Source: Malacoraja senta | Lineage: Eukaryota | Length of the DNA: 64,000 bases | Assembly: GCA_038087875.1 (NCBI GenBank) | Contig: CM075991.1 | Location: 8,000,001 to 8,064,000 of the forward strand | Direction of reading: 5' to 3' | In this document: positions 49,495-61,651 of the stretch, piece by piece | Layout of the letters: every line of letters starts with the position of its first letter | Position numbering within the stretch: the stretch's first letter is position 1 | The notes under the pieces: model-generated | Database searches by the model: none | What the model was told of the DNA's origin: nothing | The model's input: the letters and a program-made list of their open reading frames with translations, nothing else | Program-made: the position numbers and the translations under genes

Positions 49495-50180
49495 ATCATG
49501 TTATAGGAGCAGAATTGGGCCATTCAGCCCATCACGTCTACACCATTCAATCATGGCTGATCTATCTCTCCCTCTCAACCCCATTCTCCTGCCTTTTCCC
49601 CATAATCCCTGACACCCGTACTAATCAAGAATCTATCAATCACTGCCTTCAAAATATCCATTGACTTGGCCTCTGCAGACTTCTGTGGCAATGAACTCCA
49701 CAGATTCACCACCCTCTGACTAAAGAAATTCCTCCTCATCTTCCTAAAAGAACATCCTTTAATTCTGAGGCTATGACCTCCAATCCTAGACTGTCCCACT
49801 AGTGGAAACATCCTCCACATCTACTCTATCCAAGCCTTTCACTATTCTGTATGTTTCAACTAGGTCCCCCCTCATTCTTCTAAACTCCCCTTTATTCTAC
49901 GACTGGCCCCTGGTTTATGACCTATAGTCACAAGGCACAGAAACAGGCCCTTCAGCCCAATTTGCTCGTGCTGACCAAGATACCTCATCTACACGAGTCC
50001 AGACTACCTTTATTTGGCCCATATCCCAATAAACCCTTCCTATCCATGTACCTGTCCAAATGTCTTTTAAATGCTATTATAGTACCTGCTTCAATTATCT
50101 CCTCTGGCAGATCATTCCATGCACCCACCACACTCTGTGTGAAAAAGTTGTCCCTCAGGTTCCTATTAAATCTTTCCCCA
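49495..50180 (-). mobile_element. Two CR1 3' fragments
   Basis: ORFs 49575-49820 and 49985-50191. Confidence 0.85.
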
Positions 50181-50925
50181 GATTCTACCACTCACCTGCA
50201 CACTCGGGACAATTTTCACTGGGACGTTTAACCTACCAACCTTCAGAGCTTTGTGATGTGGGAGGAAACCAGAAGACCCGGAGGAAACCCACGCGGTCAT
50301 GGGGAGAATGTACAATCTCAATGCAGACGGCAGCTGAGGACTGGATTGATCTGGGGGTGGACGCAACATGCTGGAGTAACTCAGCGGGACAGGCAGCATC
50401 TCTGGAGAGAAGGAATGGGTGACGTTTCGGGTCGAGACCCTTCTTCAGACGGGTGAAGAAGGGTCTCGATCCCAAAACCACCCATTCCTTCTCTCCAGAG
50501 ATGCTGCCTGGCCCGCTGAGTTGCTCCAGCATTTTTCTGTTTAAACCAGCATCTGCAGTTCCTTCATACACATTGAACTGGGAATTGGTCTTTGGTACTG
50601 TGAGGCAGCAAGTCTGGCAACTGTGCTGTCCTTTAAGCTCTCCTCTGCCATGAGGAAGAGGCAATTTATATCATCGGCAGACAATATTCTTCCCTCTGGT
50701 GTCAAGTATGTTTCTGAAAGAGTATATTTGGATAGATTTGTGCTGTTTTGCTGAGTCAGCAGTTCATCATTGCAGAATCAATCATTTTTCTTGACGTCAT
50801 ATCTGGATGTGCAGATATTAATGGGCTCCTCCACATCTTGTACAATAGCTCACTTATTACAGAAGCTTGCAAGGTAGATTTGCTTGAGAAAGCATTTTTG
50901 GACAGCTAGTATCATCCATCTGGAA

Positions 50926-51100
50926 TAGGGTTGCCAACTTTCCCACTCCCAAATAAGGGACAAAAGGTCAAAATACGGGACAAATTCCCGACGGCAGTTC
51001 GTTGCCCGACCTGGTCGTGGCTGGGTGAACGATGAGTTGGCCCGGGTGCTGGACTGCACACAAAGCCCAGCCGGCGGGCCAGCTGAGGAGTTTTGGCCCG
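50926..51100 (+). mobile_element. Probable hAT (Tip100-like) element end, truncated
   Basis: Begins TAGGGTTGCCAAC with GGGACA subterminal repeats; partner TIR not found. Confidence 0.5.
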
Positions 51101-51301
51101 GGTCGAACCTGGGTCTCTGGCGCTGTAAGGCAGCAACGCTACTTCTACGCCACTGTGCCGGCCCAACTTCTATTTACCTTACACCCAGGCGTCTTATTAG
51201 CCAAGGAAAATAGGACTTCCAGCCACCTCATGTTTTTATATCTCCCCAGCCTCCACCTCTGAAGGAAATCAGCTCGATCTGGCCATTCTCCCCATAAATA
51301 A

Positions 51302-51821
51302 AGGGGCTGTCCCACTTGGGCGACTTAATTGGCGAGTTTAGAAGAGTTTGAAAAAATGGCATGTTGAAGACCTCCTTCGACCTCCTTCGACTGTTGAAGA
51401 CCAGCTACGACTAGCTACGACTAACTTTGGAAAATTGGACACCGAATAGTGGAGAGTGAAGACGACCTCCTTCGATCTCCTTCGACCTCCCTTCAACTAT
51501 GATGAAGACTATCTACGACTACCTTCAACTACCCTCGCTTACCTACGACTAACATACTAAGACCTACCACGACTAAACCTACGAGTAAAAAATGTATCGA
51601 TTTTTTCCATGGCGACCTTTATTTACTCGCGGGCATTTTTTAACATATTGAAAAAAACCGCCGCGACCTAGCTGAGGCCTCGAGTACGCAGAGACCACTC
51701 TCGAGCATGAAGGAGAGTTACGAAGACCTCCTACGACCTCATGTCGACCATGCTGCGAGTATGAGTCGAGGGCAAACTCGCCAGAACTCCCGGATTAGGG
51801 CGCCCTAGTGGGACAGGCCCT
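51302..51821. mobile_element. Harbinger-like MITE family A, copy 3
   Basis: Same TIRs and body as 11699-12205; flanks TAA / TTA. Confidence 0.85.
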
Positions 51822-51992
51822 TTAAATTCTTCATCCTAATCTTCGCATCCTGATTTTCCATATATGCCTTTGTCACAAAGCTATCCAGGTCAAAATTACG
51901 CTCGAAGCTGAAAAATATTTAAACACAAACGCTCCCGCTAAACCCAGTCCTGACTTTGTTGGTTGTGGGTTGCAACAATGTTATCTCTTAGA

Positions 51993-52242
51993 GTTAGTTT
52001 AGTTTAGTGACAGCGTGGAAACACACTAGTGCTATTCTGCGCACTAGGGACAATTTTACACTTGTACCGAGCCAATTAACCTTCAAACCTGTACGTCTTT
52101 GGAGTGTGGGAGGAAACCGTAGATCTCGGAGAAAACCCACGCAGGTCACGGGGAGAACGTACAAGCACCTATAGTCGGGATCGAACCATGGGTCTCTGGC
52201 GCTGTAAGGCAGCAACTCTACCGCTGCACCACTGTGCCGCCC
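51993..52242 (-). mobile_element. V-SINE
   Basis: Standard motifs. Confidence 0.85.
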
Positions 52243-52314
52243 TTGCTGTCTCAACTTAATTTGAATTGTTGATACTGAGTTGGCATCAACTTACGGTTAC
52301 CTATCGTTCCCTTA

Positions 52315-52645
52315 AACCCCTGTCCCACGGTACGAGTTCATTCCAAGAGTTCTCCCGAGTTTGCCCTGATTCGAACTCGGAGATTTACGGTAATGGCCAC
52401 TCGTCGGTACTCGGGGCTCTCGTGGACATTTTTCAACATGTTGAAAAATCTTCACGAGTCTTCCTGTGCTTACCCGCCGTTAGCGAGTCTTCCCGAGTAC
52501 CTGCCGTTAGCGCGTCGAGCCGCTAAGAGACGTCCCCGAGCTCCGACGTACCCGCTACGTTCATTCTCCGTGCTTACCACGAGTTTGATTTTTTTTTTAA
52601 CTCGGGAGAGCTCTTGGAATGAACTCGTACCGTGGGACAGGGCTA
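52315..52645. mobile_element. Harbinger-like MITE family B, copy 3
   Basis: Same TIR and body as 17951-18269; flanks TTA / TCA. Confidence 0.85.
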
Positions 52646-53166
52646 TCACTCCACTCCCGAAGATGATCAGGGTATTACACTCCACACTCCGCTGTCTTCA
52701 GTAGCTGCATATTCAGCTGCGAAATTAAACTAGCACGAAAAGAAAAGAAAATCTATTAATTTTACATCCACGATTCCCAAAGGCTCTTTGGGGCATGAGA
52801 ATAATTCGCAGAATTGCAGGCAACGCTAATAAAAAGTTGATATAATGCTTCCTTCTGCAGTGAACATGGTATTTCATTCAGACGACTTGGAATTTTCACC
52901 TCGGTTCATTTGCAAGAGGCGGGACAGTTGAGCCTGTGTGGATGGACAATTGGCCTGGTGTTAGGGAGCAGCGGATAGTGGTGGGTGATAGACACAAAAT
53001 AATGGGGTGACTCAGCGGGACAGGCAGCATCTCTGGAGAGAAGGAATGGGTGGCGTTTAGGGTCGAGTCAAGTCTAGAGTGTTTTATTGTCATATGACCC
53101 ACTTGGGACAATGAAATTCTTGCTTGCTGCAGCACAACGGAATATGTGAATATGTGAATTTTGTGG

Positions 53167-54023
53167 GTGTGGCGGTGCCTATCGGCAGCGGCTCGACTGC
53201 AGTCCGTTTGTCTTTTTTTAATTTTTGTCTCGTTAAATGTAGTTGTTTGTGGGTTTTTTTAATACTGTTTTTAACTGTGTATATGTGGGGGGCGGGGGGG
53301 GGGAGGGGAAAACTTTAAAAAATCTCTTCCCTGCACGGGAGACCCGACCTTTTCCCTGTCGGGTCTCCGTTGTCGTTGGGGCCTAGCTCCGCGGAGCGGC
53401 CTCCGACCGGGACGACCTGGGGGCTCCAGTCGCGGAGCCTGCGGAGCTGCAGACTTACCATCGTGGGGCTGGCCGTCCTCGGAGCGTGGGGAGCGGGGGT
53501 GGCTCGCTGCTGCTGCCCGACTCCGGAGCTCAAGCTGCAGACCGGTGGACTGGGACACCGGGAGCTCGCGGGTCCGGGTGAGAGACCGCTTTCCGGAGCT
53601 CCCGCAACGCAACTTCTCCCGCCCGTGTCGCGGGGTTGGAACGACCCGGAGCGGGGCCGTAAATCGCCTGGCGCGGCTTTAATGGCCGCAGGACATTCCA
53701 GCGCCCGCCGGGGGCTCCAACTTTGTGACGTTTGGGCCCGGAGCGAGGCCGTACACCGCCCGGCGCGGCCTCAACGGCCGTGGGACTTAACATTGCCCGC
53801 CTGGGGCTTCAACATCGGGAGAAAAATGGTGCAGGGAGAGAAAAGACTTTGCCTTCCATCACAGTGAGGAGGAGATTCACTTTGATGGATGTTTTTCTGT
53901 AAATTGAATTGTTTGTGTGTCGTGTAGGAATTGTTTTGTTTGTATGGCTGTGGAAACGGAGTTTCGTTTGAGCCTCTTTGAGGTTCAAATGACAAGAAAT
54001 AAAATCTAATCTAATCTAATCTA
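53167..54023 (+). mobile_element. CpG-rich non-autonomous retroposon (copy 3)
   Basis: Shares leader architecture, CTTTGCCTTCCATCACAGTGAGGAG motif, 3' stem-loop and (AATCT)n tail with 597-1350. Confidence 0.65.
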
Positions 54024-54197
54024 AACATAGTACATAACGGGGGAAGAGAAAAAAAAGTATAATGAATAACAAATATCGTGCAATAATAATATAGCCTTTT
54101 GCGGTTCAGAACTCAGAGCTTCGTCATTGTTGCGTCGAGACCCTTCTTCAGACTGATGGTTGTTTTTCTGGTTGGAAGTCTGAGACAATTGGTGTGC

Positions 54198-54745
54198 TCA
54201 TAAGATCATAAGAGAAAGGAGAAGAATTAGGTCATTCAGACCATCAAGTCTACTCTGCCATTCAATCATGGCTGGTCTATCTCTCCCTCCAAACACCATT
54301 CTCCTGCCTTCTCCCCATAACCCCTGACACCCGCACTAATCAAGAATCTATCTACACCCGCCTTAAATATATCCATTGACTTGGCCTCCACATCCTCTGT
54401 GGTAAAGAATTCCACAGATTCACCACCCTCTGACTAAAGAAATTCCTCCTCATCTTCCTAAAAGAACGTCCTTTAATTCTGAGGCTATGACCTCCAGTCC
54501 TAGACTCTCCCACCAGTGGAAACATCCTCTCCACATCCACTCTATCCAAACCTTTCACTATTCTGTGCGTTTCAATGAGGTCCCCCCTCATTCTTCTAAA
54601 CTCCAGCGAGTACAGGCCCAGTGCCGTCAAACGCACATCATAGGTTAACCCACTCATTCCTGGCTGGGATCATTCCTGTAAACCTCCTCCGGTCCCTCTC
54701 CAGAGCCAGCACATCCTTCCTCGGATACGGTGCCCAAAATTGGCC
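54198..54745 (-). mobile_element. CR1 LINE 3' fragment
   Basis: ORF 54352-54657. Confidence 0.9.
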
Positions 54746-54754
54746 ACATTATTA

Positions 54755-56580
54755 CTGCAGAGTGTTCTGCAGAGATCAAAGACGGGTTGTTTGCAAGATA
54801 TATTAGCAGCTTGGACGTGAATGTAGGAGGTGTGATTAGTGAGTTGGCGATGTTGTGGATAGTAAGGAAGATTGTCCGAAGCTGCAGCAGGAAATCGATC
54901 ATCTGGAAAGCTGGGTGGACTGTTGGCACATGGGAATTTAATCCCATCAGGTGTGAGATGAGTCCGAAGGAACTGCAGGTGTTTGTTTAGACTGAAGATA
55001 GACTAAAAAAGTTGGAGTAACTCAGCGGGACAGGCAGCATCTCTGGAGAGAAGGAATGGGCGACGTTTCGGGTCGAGACCCTTCTTCAGACTGAGTCATG
55101 GGAGAGGAAGATATGGAAGGGTAAGGTGTGAAAACACAGATCAAAGAGGAAGATGGTTAAGGTAAAGTAGAATGGAGCATTGTTGGCTGAGGGGATGGTG
55201 ATCACGAGGCATACAATCAGTAAAATTTAACCAGGAGGATCAGTGGAACTAATCGGAGAGGCATTTTGGGAATATAGGTAGGGGTAGGTTGTAAAGAAGT
55301 GTTATCGACGCACTGTAACTTTACTTATTTTATTCATACTGCAGCATTACAGAGAGCACTAGCTGTACGTGGTCTGTCACGGAAACTAGAGAGCGATATG
55401 TGGGTGGGGAGGTTGTAATTATACTTGTGATATGGGGAGTGGTTAGTAGTGATGAGGTAACTATATTAAAGGCACATGCATATCTCATCTACATAGGTCA
55501 CATGCAATAAATAGTAGGATGTTTAGGAATGTTGATGAGCAGTTGCGTGCAAGCCCGCCATTCCCTGAAAATGGCAATGCAGGTAGATTGGACGGTAAAG
55601 AAGGCATACAATATGCAAAATAAAAAGCTGAGGCATTATGTTGCAACTTTTCAATAACATCGCTTGGACGGCACTTGGAGTATTGTGTGCAGTTCAGATC
55701 GCCACATTGCAGGGAAGATGTGACTGCATTAGAAAGAACTGCAGATGCTGGTTTAAATCAAAGGTAGACACAAAATGCTGGAGTGACTCAGCAGGTGAGG
55801 CAGCAATCCCTGGAGAGAAGGAATGGGCGACGTTTCAGGTCGAGACCCTTCTTCAGCCTGATGTAAAGGGAGGGGGTTGAGACAAAGACAGAATGTAGGC
55901 GGAGACGGTAAGTCTAGTGGGAGAACTTGGAGGGATGGGACTGCGTTGGAGAGAGTGCAGAGGAGACTCACCAGGATGTTGCCCAGAATGGTGGACTTTA
56001 GTTACGGCAAGATTCGAGAGGCTGGGCTAAGTTTTTTTCATGGAGTGTAGGAGGCTGAGGGGGTAACATGAGAGAGGTACAGTATATATACTTATGGGAA
56101 GCAAGGCTAGATCGAGCATCAGAATCTTCATCTCAGAGGAGAGATATAAAAAACAGAAGGGCATAGGTTTAAGGCTGGAGGTAGGATTTTCAAAAGATGG
56201 TTTGAGGGGTTAGTATTTGCACAGAGTGGCTGATATCTGGAGCTCTCAGCCAAAAATAATGAGAGGAATAGATCGGGTAGATGCACAGAGTCTCTTGCCC
56301 GGACATAGGATGAAGGTGCAGGGGAAAACATTTAATAGGATCTGAGGGGCAACTTTTTCACACAAAGGGTGGTGGGTGTATGGAACAAGCTGCCAGTGGA
56401 GGTAGTTGAGGCTGGGACTATCCCAACGTTTAAGAAACAGCTGGACAGGTACATGGATAGGACAGGTTTGGATGGGTTATGGGCCAAAGGCAGGCAGGTG
56501 GGACTAGTGTGGCTGAGACATGTTGGCCGGTGTGGGCAAGAAGGGCCTGTTTCCATACTCCATGCTCTATGACTATAACC
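54755..56580 (+). mobile_element. Old degenerate CR1 region interrupted by Penelope pLTRs (~54965-55260, ~55730-55940) and a younger CR1 (56255-56580)
   Basis: Decayed CR1 motifs (YISSLDVNVGGVIS; TATTGTGTGCAGTTC). Confidence 0.65.
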
Positions 56581-56883
56581 TGGTAGGAGATGCCATATAA
56601 TCACTAAGTTTGAGAGATATTCAGATGGAGAATTGAATTTGAGATACCTTGAAGGGAACAGTCTAAATGCAGGCATAGAAGATTCGTTTCACCACCGGAG
56701 AGGAGTGTTGAACTAATATCTACCTCTTTGGTGCTCCTTATACTATCCTTGATTACCCTGCACTAAACGTTATTCCCGCATCATGTATTTATACACTGTA
56801 AATAACTAGATTGTAATCATGTATTGTCTTTCTGCTGACTGGATAGCGTGCAACATAAAAGCTTTTCACTGTACCTCGGAACA

Positions 56884-57665
56884 CCATATAACCATATAAC
56901 CATTACAGCACGGAAACAGGCCATCTCGGCCCTTCAAGTCCGTGCAAAACATTAAAAAAAAAAAAAAAAATACTTCCCCCTAGTCCCATCTACCTGCACT
57001 CAGACCATAACCCTCCATTCCTTTCCCGTCCATATACCCATCCAATCTATTTTTAAAGGATAAAATCGAACCTGCCTCCACCACTTCCACTGGAAGCTCA
57101 TTCCACACAGCTACCACTCTCTGAGTAAAGAAGTTCCCCCTAATGTTACCCCTAAACTTCTGTCCCTTAATTCTCAAGTCATGTCCCCTTGTTTGAATCT
57201 TCCCTACTCTCAATGGAAAAAGCTTATCCACGTCAACTCTGTCTAACCCGCTCATAATTTTAAAGACCTCTATCAAGTCCCCTCTTAACCTTCTGCGCTC
57301 CAAAGAATAAAGACCTAACTTGTTCAACCTTTCTCTGTAACTTAGTTGCTGAAACCCAGGCAACATTCTAGTAAATCTCCTCTGCACTCTCTCTATTTTG
57401 TTGACATCCTTCCTATAATTAGGCGACCAAAATTGTACTCCATACTCCAGAATTGGCCTCACCAATGCCTTGTACAATTTTAACATTACATCCCAACTTC
57501 TATATTCAATGCTCTGATTTATAAAGGCCAGCACCCCAAAAGCTTTCTTTACCACCCTATCTACATGAGATTCCACCTTCAGGGAACTATGCACAGTTAT
57601 TCCTAGATCGCTCTATTCAACTGCATTCCTCAATTCTCTACCATTTACCATGTACGTCCTATTTT
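56884..57665 (-). mobile_element. Young CR1 LINE fragment with uninterrupted 204-aa ORF2 C-terminus
   Basis: ORF 56980-57594; (ATATGGTT)n tail. Confidence 0.92.
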
Positions 57666-58049
57666 CACACGTGACAATAAATTAAACTGAACTGAAGTAG
57701 AACTGGGCTAAATGGTCAGCATGATTGCAATGGGCCGAAGGAACTGTTTCCATGCTGTACGACGTTAAAATGTGCTAACGACATCGCCTCAGGCCTTCTC
57801 AGTCTGAGACTTTGTGATATATTACAGGGGAGAGAAGGCTCGGAGGAAAATGCATTCTGCCACATCTCTCTCAGTGGATTGGTGCCCCAGATTGACAATT
57901 TCATTCAGCCCGTGCGCAATGTATATAACACAAACAAAATCCAATAATGCCCTCCAGCTAGTGTCCTGCCATTCTCTCCTGCCTTGCTTCAAAATCAGGG
58001 AACATAGACCAGTGATAAAGAGATTGAACAGGAACCAGGACGTGATATG

Positions 58050-58502
58050 GGACCAGGAATGAGTGGGTTAACCTATCATGAGCATTTGTCGGCATTGGGC
58101 CTGTACTCGCTGGAGTTTAGAATAATTGAAAGGAACAGAATAGCGAAAGGCTTTGATAGAGTGGACGCGGAGAGGATGTTTCCACTAGTCGGAGAGTCTA
58201 GGACCAGAGGTCACAGCCTCAGAATTAAAGGACGTTCTTTTCGGAAGGAGATGAGGAGAAATTTCTTTAGTCAGAGGGTGGTGAATCTGTGGAATTCTTT
58301 GCCACAGAAGGCTGTGGAGGCCAAGTCAGTGGATATCTTTAAGGCAGATAAAGATAGATTCTTGATTAGTATGGGTGTCAGAAGTTATGGGGAGAAGGCA
58401 GGAGAATGGGGTTAGGAGGGAGAGATAGATCAGCCATGATTGAATGGCGGAGTAGACTTGATGGGCCGAATGGCCTAATTCTTCTATCGTTTATGATCTT
58501 AA
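58050..58502 (+). mobile_element. CR1 LINE 3' fragment
   Basis: ORF 58047-58415. Confidence 0.9.
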
Positions 58503-58707
58503 GTTCAAATCCTGCCACAGATGAAGGGGGATTTAAATATATTTTAGTAATTAAATCGGGAGAGTTTTTATAAACAAATTCAGAATTGTCCTTTAAACGC
58601 TCATGCACAACAGGCCTTTATTGCCAAGTTAAGACTCCAATGTTTTGAACAACTTTGGAATTGAATCATACAAAATCGTGCTTGAAACATGGCGATCCTT
58701 GCATACT

Positions 58708-59267
58708 TTTAGTTTGGTTGAGTTTAGAGATACAGCGAGGAAACAGGCCCTTCAACCCACCGGGTCTGCGCCAACCAGAGATCCCCGTACACTGACACTA
58801 TCCTATACACACTGGGGATAATTTTACAAGGCCCGTTAGCCTACAAATCTGAGGTAGACAAAAGTGCTGGAGAAACTCAGCGGGTGCAGCAGCATCTATG
58901 GAGCGAAGGAAATAGGCAACGTTTCGGGCCGAAACCCTTCTTCAGACTGGAGGAAATAGGCAACGTTTCGGGCCGAAACCCTTCCGGGTTTTGGCCCGAA
59001 ACGTTGCCTATTTCCTTCGCTCCATAGATGCTGCTGCACCCGCTGAGTTTCTCCTGCACTTTTGTCTACCTTCGATGTTCCAGCATCTGCAGTTCCTTCT
59101 GAAACACAGCCTCCAAATCCGTACGTCTTTGGAGTGCGGCAGGAAACCCACGCAGGTCACAGGGAGAACGTACAGACTGCGTGCAGACAGCGCCCGTAGT
59201 CGGGATCGAACCCGGTTCGCTGGTGCTGTGAGGCTGCAGCTCTACCGCTGCGCCACCGTGCTGCCCT
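58708..59267 (-). mobile_element. V-SINE with Penelope fold-back insertion (~58851-59107)
   Basis: AGCCTACAAATC / AGCCTCCAAATC duplication flanks the insert. Confidence 0.85.
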
Positions 59268-59704
59268 GAGGTGCATAGGGGGTTGGGTTGGCCTGGCCAG
59301 GTGAACTCTACCTGCTGGTTTCCTGCAATGCTCCGTTTTTGCAGCAGGCCGCGTCCGATCTGCTCGGCCTCTTGGGGTGGGGTCTGATCCACTCGACTCC
59401 CAGGCTGCTGCAGGGCCTCCAGCGGCCCACTCCACCCACACCCCGTGCACCAATATGCAGGATGCTGGAGAGGGAACGGACAATTGCACAGACTGGGCCC
59501 AAGTGCTGAGAGGATGAGAACCATTCCCCTTTACTCTATTTGGTGTGCACTAACATTTTGCCTTTTAAAGTTTGCCATGACTCTTCTAGTCTGAATTTCC
59601 GGTGATACTGCGTAACCTATCACCTATGGGTTTATTATCTTCCTCTCAATGTTTATATTTGATTCTATGAATCAATTTTTGTCTTAATTCATCAGAAGTG
59701 GCAC

Positions 59705-60595
59705 ATTGCAAATGACAGGACAGATGTGCTGGGGAAAATGCGGACCATTACAAATATCGGCGAGACCAAGGGCAGGCCTGGCGATCATTGCACTGAACAC
59801 CCCCGCCTAAACTTACCTGATCTCCCAGTTGCTACATACTTTAACTGCCCCTCCCATTCCCACACTGACCTTTCTGTCCTGGGCCTCCTCCATTGTCAGG
59901 GTGAGGCCCAGCGTAAAGTGGAGGAACAACACCTCATGTTTCGCTTGGGCAGCTTACACCCCAGCGGTTTGAATATTGACTTCTCTAACTTCAAGTAACC
60001 TTTGCCTTCCCTCTCTCTGCATCCCTCCCCCTCTCCCCTTCCCAGTTCCCCGACTAGTCTGACGGTCCTAATTTACATTTTATCTCTGTTTGCTTTGTTG
60101 TTACCCTCTCCTAGCTAACAATGATCTATTCTACATTTCCCTTGATCGACTTCCCCTTTGTCTCATTTTCACATCTTACACTTCCTTATCTCTGTATCTC
60201 CCTCTCCCTAACTCAGTCTGAAGAAGGGTCTCGACCTGAAATGACACCCATACTTTCTATCCAGTGATGCTGCCTGTCCTGCTGAAGTACCCCAGCATTT
60301 TCTGTCTATCTCCAGTTCAAACCAGCATCTGCAGTTCCTTCCTACAACAATGGACTGGACAGATGTGCAGGGTCAAAATGAAGACCATAGCAATGACTGG
60401 ACAGATGTGCTGGGCAGCGGTCAGGCCATTGCAAGTCCTGGACAGATGTGCTGGTGAGAGTGCGGGCCATTGCACACACTGGGCAGATGTGCTGGGAGCT
60501 GCGAACCATGCCACATACCAAGCAGATGTTCGGGCAGATGTGCATCATTGCACCAAATGGACAGATGTGTGGGAATCTGCGGACCATTGCGCAGC
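59705..60595 (+). repeat. Degenerate ~40-bp tandem repeat (about 7 units) split by the Penelope insertion
   Basis: Unit TGGACAGATGTGCTGGG-N7/8-GGACCATTGCA-N5; one unit at ~59717, about six at 60356-60595. Confidence 0.75.
59755..60346 (+). mobile_element. Penelope-like element 3' part: GIY-YIG endonuclease remnant plus pLTR
   Basis: IGETKGRPGDHCTEH (cf. YIGETKRRLGDRFAEH)..LPVATYFN..EQHLMFRLGSLHPSGLN; decayed hammerhead motif at ~60218. Confidence 0.85.
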
Positions 60596-61046
60596 CTAAT
60601 TAATTAAAAATCTGATCATTGATATTCCCTGGATACTGCTCCTCTTTTCATTTTGAATTTTCTTCTGATTTTCCTAAACTTTTACATTCCCAGCAGCTAA
60701 CAGAGCCTAAACCACCCTGAACGCACAACCAAATATTTCCAGCATCTGCAGTTCCAGCATCTGCAGTTCCTTCTTTAACAAAATATTTAGTTGTATGGTT
60801 GGGGAGTTAGTTACGGTTAGTTTTAGCTTAGTTTATTGTCACCTGTACCGAGGTACAGTGAAAAGCTTTTCTTGCGTGCTAACCAGCCAGACGTTGCCTA
60901 TTTCCTTCGCTCCATAGATGCTGCCGCACCCGCTGAGTTCCTCCAGCACTTTTGTCGACCATCGATTTTCCAGCATCTGCAGTTCCTTCGCAATCATCAC
61001 AATCGTGTGATCTACAGTGTACAGATACATGATACAGGGAATAACG

Positions 61047-61246
61047 NNNNNNNNNNNNNNNNNNNNNNNNNNNNNNNNNNNNNNNNNNNNNNNNNNNNNN
61101 NNNNNNNNNNNNNNNNNNNNNNNNNNNNNNNNNNNNNNNNNNNNNNNNNNNNNNNNNNNNNNNNNNNNNNNNNNNNNNNNNNNNNNNNNNNNNNNNNNNN
61201 NNNNNNNNNNNNNNNNNNNNNNNNNNNNNNNNNNNNNNNNNNNNNN
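61047..61246. other. Assembly gap (200 N)
   Basis: Run of n. Confidence 0.99.
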
Positions 61247-61651
61247 CGTCCACTCTGTCTAACCCGCTCATAATTTTAAAGACCTCTATCAAGTCCCCTC
61301 TTAACCTTCTGCGCTCCAAAGAATAAAGACCTAACTTGTTCAACCTTTCTCTGTAACTTAGTTGCTGAAACCCAGGCAACATTCTAGTAAATCTCCTCTG
61401 TACTCTCTCTATTTTGTTGACATCCTTCCTATAATTAGGCGACCAAAACTGTACTCCATACTCCAGAATTGGCCTCACCAATGCCTTGTACAATTTTAAC
61501 ATTACATCCCAACTTCTATATTCAATGCTCTGATTTATAAAGGCCAGCACACCAAAAGCTTTCTTTACCACCCTATCTACATGAGATTCCACCTTCAGGG
61601 AACTATGCACAGTTATTCCTAGATCCCTCTGTTCAACTGCATTCCTCAATT
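61247..61651 (-). mobile_element. Young CR1 fragment, same subfamily as 56884-57665, running into the gap
   Basis: Nearly identical to 57230-57634 with about six substitutions counted by eye. Confidence 0.9.

Noticed and set aside
53330..53390. HDV-like ribozyme at the 5' hairpin of the CpG-rich retroposon
   Set aside because: Only a simple stem-loop; no P2 or P1.1 pairings could be placed.
60356..60595. CRISPR-like array
   Set aside because: Eukaryotic context, degenerate units, variable parts only ~5-10 nt, no cas genes.
60836..61649. ORFs crossing the N run
   Set aside because: Artefacts of translating through the gap.
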